Below, piece after piece: positions 25,640-32,831 of a DNA stretch of 32,831 nt. This DNA is from Octopus bimaculoides (Eukaryota). The stretch lies in the NCBI RefSeq assembly GCF_001194135.2, contig NC_068995.1:29517643-29550473 (forward strand), in the 5' to 3' direction. Below the pieces are notes generated by a model. The model made no database searches. It saw only the letters and a program-made list of their open reading frames with translations, and had not been told where the DNA came from. Position 1 is the first letter of the stretch, and each line of letters begins with the position of its first letter. Made by a program: the position numbers and the translations under genes.

Positions 25640-26036
25640 TCATCTGTCAAGGGTTGGGCCTCCCGGAGGCAAAGTGGCTGACTTTCTTTCAAGCGTTGGG
25701 CCTCCCAGAGGCAAAGTCGCTGAGTTCCTTTCGAGCGTTGGGCCTCACGGAAGCAATGACCGAGACCTTTGACATTATGTTGTGTTGTGTTTGAGAAGAA
25801 AACCTACGAAGGCGAGCAAAATTGCAGTCGTGGCAGATAGCGGTGTCACGCAAATGGCACCCGTGCCGGTGGCATGTAAAAGCATCCATTACACTCTCGG
25901 AGAGGTTGGCATTAGGAAGGGCATCCAGCCGTAGAAAACAATGCCAAAGACTGCAGTCTGGTGTAGCCTTCTAGCTTACCAGCCCTGGTCAAACCGTCCA
26001 ACCCATGCCAGCATGGACAACGGACGTTAAATGATT

Positions 26037-26072
<36 letters not shown>
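25640..26072 (+). mobile_element. SINE-type repeat with (GAT)n tail
   Basis: Contains TTGGCATTAGGAAGGGCATCCAGCCGTAGAAA and ends CCAACCCATGCCAGCATGGACAACGGACGTTAAATGA(TGA)n. 5' boundary uncertain. Confidence 0.65.
25649..25756. repeat. 42-bp tandem repeat, about 2.6 units
   Basis: AGSGTTGGGCCTC units start at 25649, 25691 and 25733. Confidence 0.85.
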
Positions 26073-26074
<2 letters not shown>

Positions 26075-27639
26075 ACCACTCTCCAACTCTGAAGTATAAC
26101 TGCGTAGCTTGTTAAGCATGCAAAAATGATGCTCATAATGATTATTTAACTCTAAATATGTGCAATGAACAGGCACATTTCTTATCGTAAGCTTAAAGGC
26201 CACTGTATTATACAGGAGTGTGTTGATAGCTTGCTGATCCCAATTCTTTAACTGGGGATGAACATGCATCTGGAAGTTTATTTACATTAAGATGTTTCAC
26301 TAAATAAAAACGAAGTCTTCAGCAGTTGTAACACAGCAATCCAATGAAATATGAAAGACAACACTATAACACAATACACAAATTTTGTAGACCGCTATAA
26401 CTGAAGTGCAATGTTATGCTCTCCCCTAAAGGAAAATAGTTTATAACTCAATAAACTGTTTGCAGCAGCGTCAGTGACTGTATTTTAAATATCTATAGAG
26501 TTCTTAATGCAGATCAAAAGAGTAATGTGTCGATCGATTGAGACCTACTGAGTGATTAGATGCAATGTCGTTCATCTATGAAAGTTTTCATATTAAAGCA
26601 ACAAGATTAGAAATTCAAGCTCTCTCTAATGGAGCATTATCTCTACAATATTTACGCAATTAAGGATAGAGAAATCACTCGAGTGAATAGTTCTATTGTA
26701 TTCAAGCGTGTTTTATTATGTTAGGTAATCTAATTTATCAATATTGATGCAACCATTTTAATTTAATAAAGAATTTAATTCACTGACTCATTCAATGTGG
26801 TTTGCATAACTCGTGTTAGTTGGGTAATAAATTCCACGGAAGATTTCTCAACACCCCGCGTGTCGATTTACTAATTTATTCGCTATCCATCAAATGATCC
26901 AGCATTGTATATATTATGATTGCTATTTCTGTTTTCAGCCCCTTTCTGTGATCGGTGGTGTTGAATTATGAAAAGTTATCTGAGTCAAGTGATGCTTGAG
27001 AATGAAGTCATGTGAGGATGTGGTTAAGAGATAAATGGTTCTTCGATCTAAATAGAATTTCGGTCCATTCCAAATGTCTAATGATTAAACGGTCGAAAAC
27101 AATGAAGTCTTTATGGACATTGTATAATAACTTTCTATTTTAATACTAGAATTTTAAAACATTTAAGCAGTTACGCTGAGTCAATTATCCTTTTCCTCAA
27201 ATTTTTTTTCCCGCTCTTCTACAGGCAAGTGTTACGATGTACAGGACTTTACAGTTGAAAAACATCTCGATTCTCCTGCTCACACTCTCTCCTCCTCCTC
27301 TTCCTCCTCCTCCTCCTCTCCCTCTCCCTCTGCCCCCTCTCTGTTTTCTTGTTTATCCCACAGTCTATCGAATGATTAGCTAGTTACTTAATAACTCAAA
27401 TTTCCAGACTTCTCCAACTACAGCCATCTTTCCAGGAATGATATTAATGTCAGCAGCACGAAATTCAACTTTTCAAACACTATATCGTAAAACAGGAAAT
27501 TAGTAGTATCAGAATATTTAAACTGGAATTAATTTGATTCCGTGAACTAGAAAATAATTCGGACATTTTCTTTCTTGTCATTTAGTAATTCGGAACCTAA
27601 ACAACAATACTTGAATATATTTCCTCTTTCTTCAAAATA

Positions 27640-27713
27640 GAGACGTGTTCGAAAAGCTAGACTTCCCTCCTTCCTCGAGATGTGTCCGAAAAGGTAGACT
27701 TCCCCCCTTCTAC
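27640..27713. repeat. 37-bp tandem duplication
   Basis: GAGACGTGTTCGAAAAGCTAGACTTCCCTCCTTCCTC / GAGATGTGTCCGAAAAGGTAGACTTCCCCCCTTCTAC. Confidence 0.85.
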
Positions 27714-28084
27714 GTAATTCTTAGATGTAGGGTTTATGCCCTGTGGTAGCATTGCTGTAACTGCTGTGTAAATAAAGTTACGTTTGGTCTTCTGGAAACT
27801 TCAACACACTGTCACTGTTATACAAGTAAACAGTTGTATCTGCACTTTAACACGTATATAGTCGATATATAAAGTGAATGCTGACATAAAGTAGTGAACC
27901 GAGATATTTTAATTAATCAAAATTAAAGAAGAACCAATCGTTTTTCTTAGTAGCTAACTATAGACAAAAAACGCAGGTGAGACTATCTTATATGTACTAA
28001 TGTTAGCAAAACAATTTGAAAAAAATTCAATGTTTCATACAAATTCAGAACTAGAATACTTTATTTTGTTATTTTAGTAGTCGA

Positions 28085-28240
28085 TTGGATTAATAGAACG
28101 TCGAGAAAAATGCCTTGCAGTATTTGTGTTGGTTCTAACTGTTCTGAGTTCAAACCAGTCGAAATCAACATTGCCTTTCATACTTTCGGGGTTGATAAAT
28201 TAATGTGCTAGTCATGTACTGAGGTCGTTATAATCAACCT
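28085..28240 (+). mobile_element. Old SINE, main family
   Basis: TTCTGAGTTCAAACC...TTGCCTTTCATACTTTCGGGGTTGATAAATTAA. Confidence 0.7.
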
Positions 28241-28870
28241 TCTTTCGAGTTTGAAACGACACCGGAGAAAGAGAAAGACGACGAGGGGGAGAAGGAGGAA
28301 CAGTGCACAAATCCTTTGAAAGCTCTTCCGTATAGGTGATATTGATGTTATTGTTGTTTTGTTTGAAATCGCAGTTTGAACGTCTGCAGAGAAAAGATAG
28401 ATTAGGAAGGAGATGCTGAAAATTTTAGAGAGGATTGGGATAAAGGCGGTTCATATTATATATGATCATAGGGGAAGTGAAGGAATCGCGTGTAATTTTG
28501 TGAAGGGCTTTGACCAGTTTTGGACGACACACCTTTTAGTTTAAAGAAACGGAATGGAGGTGCTGATGGTGGAGATGGCGGTGGTGATTGGATAGTGACA
28601 ATTGTAATTTTTAAACCGAACAAAGTTTCTTATATCACGCATCACTTAACGCATGCGCATAAGTGCAATTCCATGAAATATTCACAAATATTTACGTGGC
28701 AGATATATAAGCGATTTAACTAAAGGTTGTATCATATGTACGGGATGCTTTTGGTTTTGTTTTGTTTATGGAAAAAATGGAAAAGTAGGAGTGAATATTT
28801 ATTTTATGAGTGGTGTGTCTATAAGTATATAAAATTGTGCATAAACTACTTAAAGTATATATATATATAT

Positions 28871-29335
28871 NNNNNNNNNNNNNNNNNNNNNNNNNNNNNN
28901 NNNNNNNNNNNNNNNNNNNNNNNNNNNNNNNNNNNNNNNNNNNNNNNNNNNNNNNNNNNNNNNNNNNNNNNNNNNNNNNNNNNNNNNNNNNNNNNNNNNN
29001 NNNNNNNNNNNNNNNNNNNNNNNNNNNNNNNNNNNNNNNNNNNNNNNNNNNNNNNNNNNNNNNNNNNNNNNNNNNNNNNNNNNNNNNNNNNNNNNNNNNN
29101 NNNNNNNNNNNNNNNNNNNNNNNNNNNNNNNNNNNNNNNNNNNNNNNNNNNNNNNNNNNNNNNNNNNNNNNNNNNNNNNNNNNNNNNNNNNNNNNNNNNN
29201 NNNNNNNNNNNNNNNNNNNNNNNNNNNNNNNNNNNNNNNNNNNNNNNNNNNNNNNNNNNNNNNNNNNNNNNNNNNNNNNNNNNNNNNNNNNNNNNNNNNN
29301 NNNNNNNNNNNNNNNNNNNNNNNNNNNNNNNNNNN
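28871..29335. other. Assembly gap within (TA)n
   Basis: Run of N flanked by (TA)n. Confidence 1.
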
Positions 29336-29569
29336 TATATATATATATATATATATGTTCTTGCACACATGATTATTACATTTAATGTAAAACTTGATTG
29401 CGTTCACCTATTCGACAGGCAAAGAGCTGCACTTGCCGTTATGCTTCAAAGCTCTTTGGATGTAACAAATTTTATTTCTGTTTTATTCTTTTGATTTCTT
29501 AATTTTTACAGTTTTCATTCATCACTTCCCTTTTGTGAATTGATTTCAAGATATATATATATATAATAA

Positions 29570-29835
29570 AACACTGGCCTTGGGCGAAAATTTGAAAGCA
29601 TTATATAATTCAAGATGGGGAAGTATGATGACCCTGTGAAAGAACTAACAAAAGTGGGGTACCATTACACAGTAAAAGCAGTGGAAGTTGGCGCTCGGAA
29701 TTTGTCGCAACTTCCACGCGCCAACTACTAGATCAGCTTGGAATCAAGGGTCGCAAAAGAATAGCGACAATGAAACGACCGTCAGAAACAGCTGAGATGA
29801 ACTTAATGTGGTTATAGGCGAAAAGGAATAATAGA
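29570..29835 (+). mobile_element. 3' coding fragment of a HERO-like (R2-superfamily) LINE
   Basis: KYDDPVKEL...AVEVGAR/(frameshift)FVATSTRQLLDQLGIKGRKR..MKR.SETAE...WL*AKR, the endonuclease C-terminal pattern of HERO-type elements. Confidence 0.6.
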
Positions 29836-30169
29836 TGTAAGTGAAAAGAAATACAGCTAGCCACTAAACATTGAAAGAACGAAACACGGTTTGAAACAGT
29901 GCAAGATCATGCGCTGGTCTATGTGGCCGAACAATAAGCGTACCCAAAGGTTCCAAGTTCAATTCCCACTAAAGGTGGAACTTAAATAACAGCAAAAGGA
30001 CACCACCAAAGTGTCACTACCTATGTGGACCGGGCCCCCTTAGAATGTCGGGAACTAAAGGTCAGAAATACTTGTCTGACGAGAGTTCTTCCTCTGAAGA
30101 GTTCTCCTGCTGTCCGCTCACCCCAGAGCGAGTTTCTGTCCACCATAATATAATGTATACTTGTGTATA

Positions 30170-30223
<54 letters not shown>

Positions 30224-30441
30224 TACAGTGTGTGTGTAAGTATGCGGATATCTATATGCAAGTATGCATGTGTACATGTATGTAAATTCGTTGATATCTA
30301 TAGATTTGGAGGCAAATGTATCTACGTAGCTAACTATAAGCATTTATATTCTTAGTGCTTTTTATCCAGATTATTTTACATTAAAGCTAAATAACTCTTC
30401 AGATATGAGTATGTCTTTGTGTACATGTCTATGTGAGAAAA

Positions 30442-30496
<55 letters not shown>

Positions 30497-32831
30497 AATT
30501 GTAAATAGAAATATACATTACAAAATAGACACATCATGCATACTTGCTGACACATGCATTTAAGTAGAATCCATTAAAAATATACCATCGTACCAAATGA
30601 CATAATTTGTTTTACATATACACACACGGACACGTTAATATTCAATGCATTATTATATATTACCATTGAAAGAATACTGTTGTTTTTGTTCATCATTTTT
30701 CTTTTTGTGCTCGTAAATTAATCTCAAGACACGACAAACTTATGCTTCATTGCACATTTATATTTTATGTATGATAAACCATGAAATATCAACGTGTCAA
30801 TTTTGACGGCTTGATTGCATGATAAGACCTCCGCAAAGATACTGAGTCTGTTTTACCTTCTATACAACGTTGTCATTTTAGACGACTTCCTTCAATCGTG
30901 ACATAGAATTTTCCATTAAAATTTCATTTAAGAAAGAAAGAAAGAAAGAAAGAAAGATCGAGGGATGAAAGGAGCAATAAAGAAATTAAATGAAAGGCTG
31001 AAAAAGAAGAAAAAAATAAAGGTATTATAGTGAAATATCGATAGATATTGATCCGATTATTCAATTCTGATTACAATGTTTCATTTATTGATGATGCATT
31101 TGTCTGCAGTGAGGGTCCCATAGAGCTGGTGTAAGTGTCCCCTGCGATTTCCAACTACAGTCAACACAGTCACGCAAAGAAAGGAAGGGCACATTAGATA
31201 ATGTAAGTCTGAGATACTAGAAGAAGATGGATAGTCACGGCTGGATTGCAAGGGAGGCTAATTAATAACAGCAATCACAACCTAGTACGAACCAACAAAA
31301 GAAGCATTTATATGGTCACGCAACAATTAGAAGTAACAGCCGAACCTCCTGCAAATCATACATTACCTTCTCAAAACAATAAACACTCTAGAGATGTGGT
31401 TCTATACTCGCTATATATAAAAACGGACAGGATGGAAATAGCAGCTGGAACATCATTGAAAATAGATTTACTCGATCAGAATCAACCTGGGGCAAAGTAA
31501 TTACAACAACAAAAAAAAACAGCAATATCCACGGGGAAGAATGAACTTCGCCCAAGCTGACTTCTTTTTTCCATTACATGAAGTCGAAGCTTTCAACGTT
31601 ACGTATCATGTGGAGCTCTTATTCATTTGCCACGCTATACAGAGCTAGTATATTCTTTGTAAGCTGGATCTAACATGCAATTTCAATTAAAGCTTGAGCT
31701 AATTCACTAAACTTACAACTAACATAGCGATTTCTGGTCGTAATCAAAAGATGTATTTACTTCGGCTGATCTAACTACTTCGCACCCTCTTTAAAATTAA
31801 CTATTTTATGAGGTGAGTACACTATGATGCTGTTACTCTGTAAGGAAACTGAGATACTAATGTGATTCTCATTCTATCGATATTTGATGAAAGTTATCAA
31901 GTAAGCAGTGTCATTGGTAGAATTCGGCAACATGAGACTGGGAATTAGACACTTAAAATATATTTTATACCTCCATGTTTGCTTGAATAGGACTAACGTG
32001 TCACATAACAACAACAACAACAACCCTTTCTAAAACCAAGATAATTAAGTTTACATGGTCGATCGATCTGTTAGAAATAGTAACCAAATTTCTCGCAAAT
32101 CACTCTTATAGCCTTAAGGAGTGAACACATTGAATAATGTAATTTAGAAGTAAAAAAAGACAAGATGATCGCGGTTGAAATATCTCTGAGCCAATATAGT
32201 TTTACTCAATCATGACTAGTGTTGGGCTGAACAATGACAATGACAACCTTTCCTATATTATTGACATTACATCTTTGTTAAAATTAGTGAAACAGACGAC
32301 CAGTTATCGATTCTTTAGTCAACATACAATCAATATTCATTCCAAGGTCAATTGCCATTTAGTAGCTTTAATCGAAGCTAGTTTATCACAAGTATTTATT
32401 TCTGACAATTGTCAATTGTGAAAAGATGAAAAGCAAAAATCAACACAGATACTGTCTGAGATCAGCCCGTAAATAGATGTATCTAACTGTATCAATACAT
32501 ATAATCTTGCATCTTACCATTTCTGCCACTCAGTAAACCATATAGTAAGTATAACGTAATAACAATGTAGAGAGATGCGATTTCGAAAGATCATTTCTAA
32601 TTAGTTATTCTTTAGTAGCTTAATGAAGACAAAATTATATAACATAAATCAAACAGTTTAATAAAGCAACAAAAAAATGTGCGATGGCGAACGGGGGCGA
32701 GAGGACTCAGAAAATTCACACGATCAAACTCACAGGATCCGTTAACACCCGGTCACAAAAATGAAAAAAAAAAAAAAGTAGTGTAAAACAACATGTTGTA
32801 AACGAATATGAAAAAAACAAAAATGCGCGCT

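Noticed and set aside
25649-25756. CRISPR-like short repeats
   Set aside because: The units are contiguous with no unique spacers, there are no cas genes, and the context is eukaryotic SINE sequence.
27200-27400. Plus-strand acceptor TTTTCCCGCTCTTCTACAG followed by a Ser-rich frame
   Set aside because: The Ser run is a (CCT)n microsatellite, there is no recognisable domain, and no partner exon was found.
31170-32200. Two similar short stretches (CACATT.GATAATGTA at about 31190 and 32125)
   Set aside because: Probably fragments of another old interspersed repeat; no ends or motifs allow classification.

Overview
This is repeat-rich eukaryotic genomic DNA, not a prokaryotic window. It is most likely an octopus scaffold, inferred from the SINE families, the dense (AAT)n/(TA)n/(CA)n microsatellites and three N gaps. 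One host gene is well supported: a minus-strand, two-coding-exon ZNF474-like protein of 112 aa with two CX2CX11HX3C zinc fingers (24657-24471 joined to 20151-20000, phase-matched GT-AG intron). The rest is mostly decayed mobile DNA: mariner/Tc1 and hAT remnants, L1/Tx1-like, R4/Dong-like and HERO-like LINE fragments, and several tRNA-derived SINE families. Four observations stand out. (1) A tRNA-Arg-headed SINE-like element carries a Penelope-type minimal hammerhead ribozyme motif; there are three copies, each with core mutations, two of them head-to-head. (2) Two SINE families share a 3' end and (ATT)n context with the Tx1-like LINEs. (3) A palindromic double-SINE with a 13-bp target-site duplication sits inside a mariner made of two right ends. 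(4) Retroelements are stacked on (AAT)n tracts. All family and clade calls come from motif recognition by eye; no database search was run.
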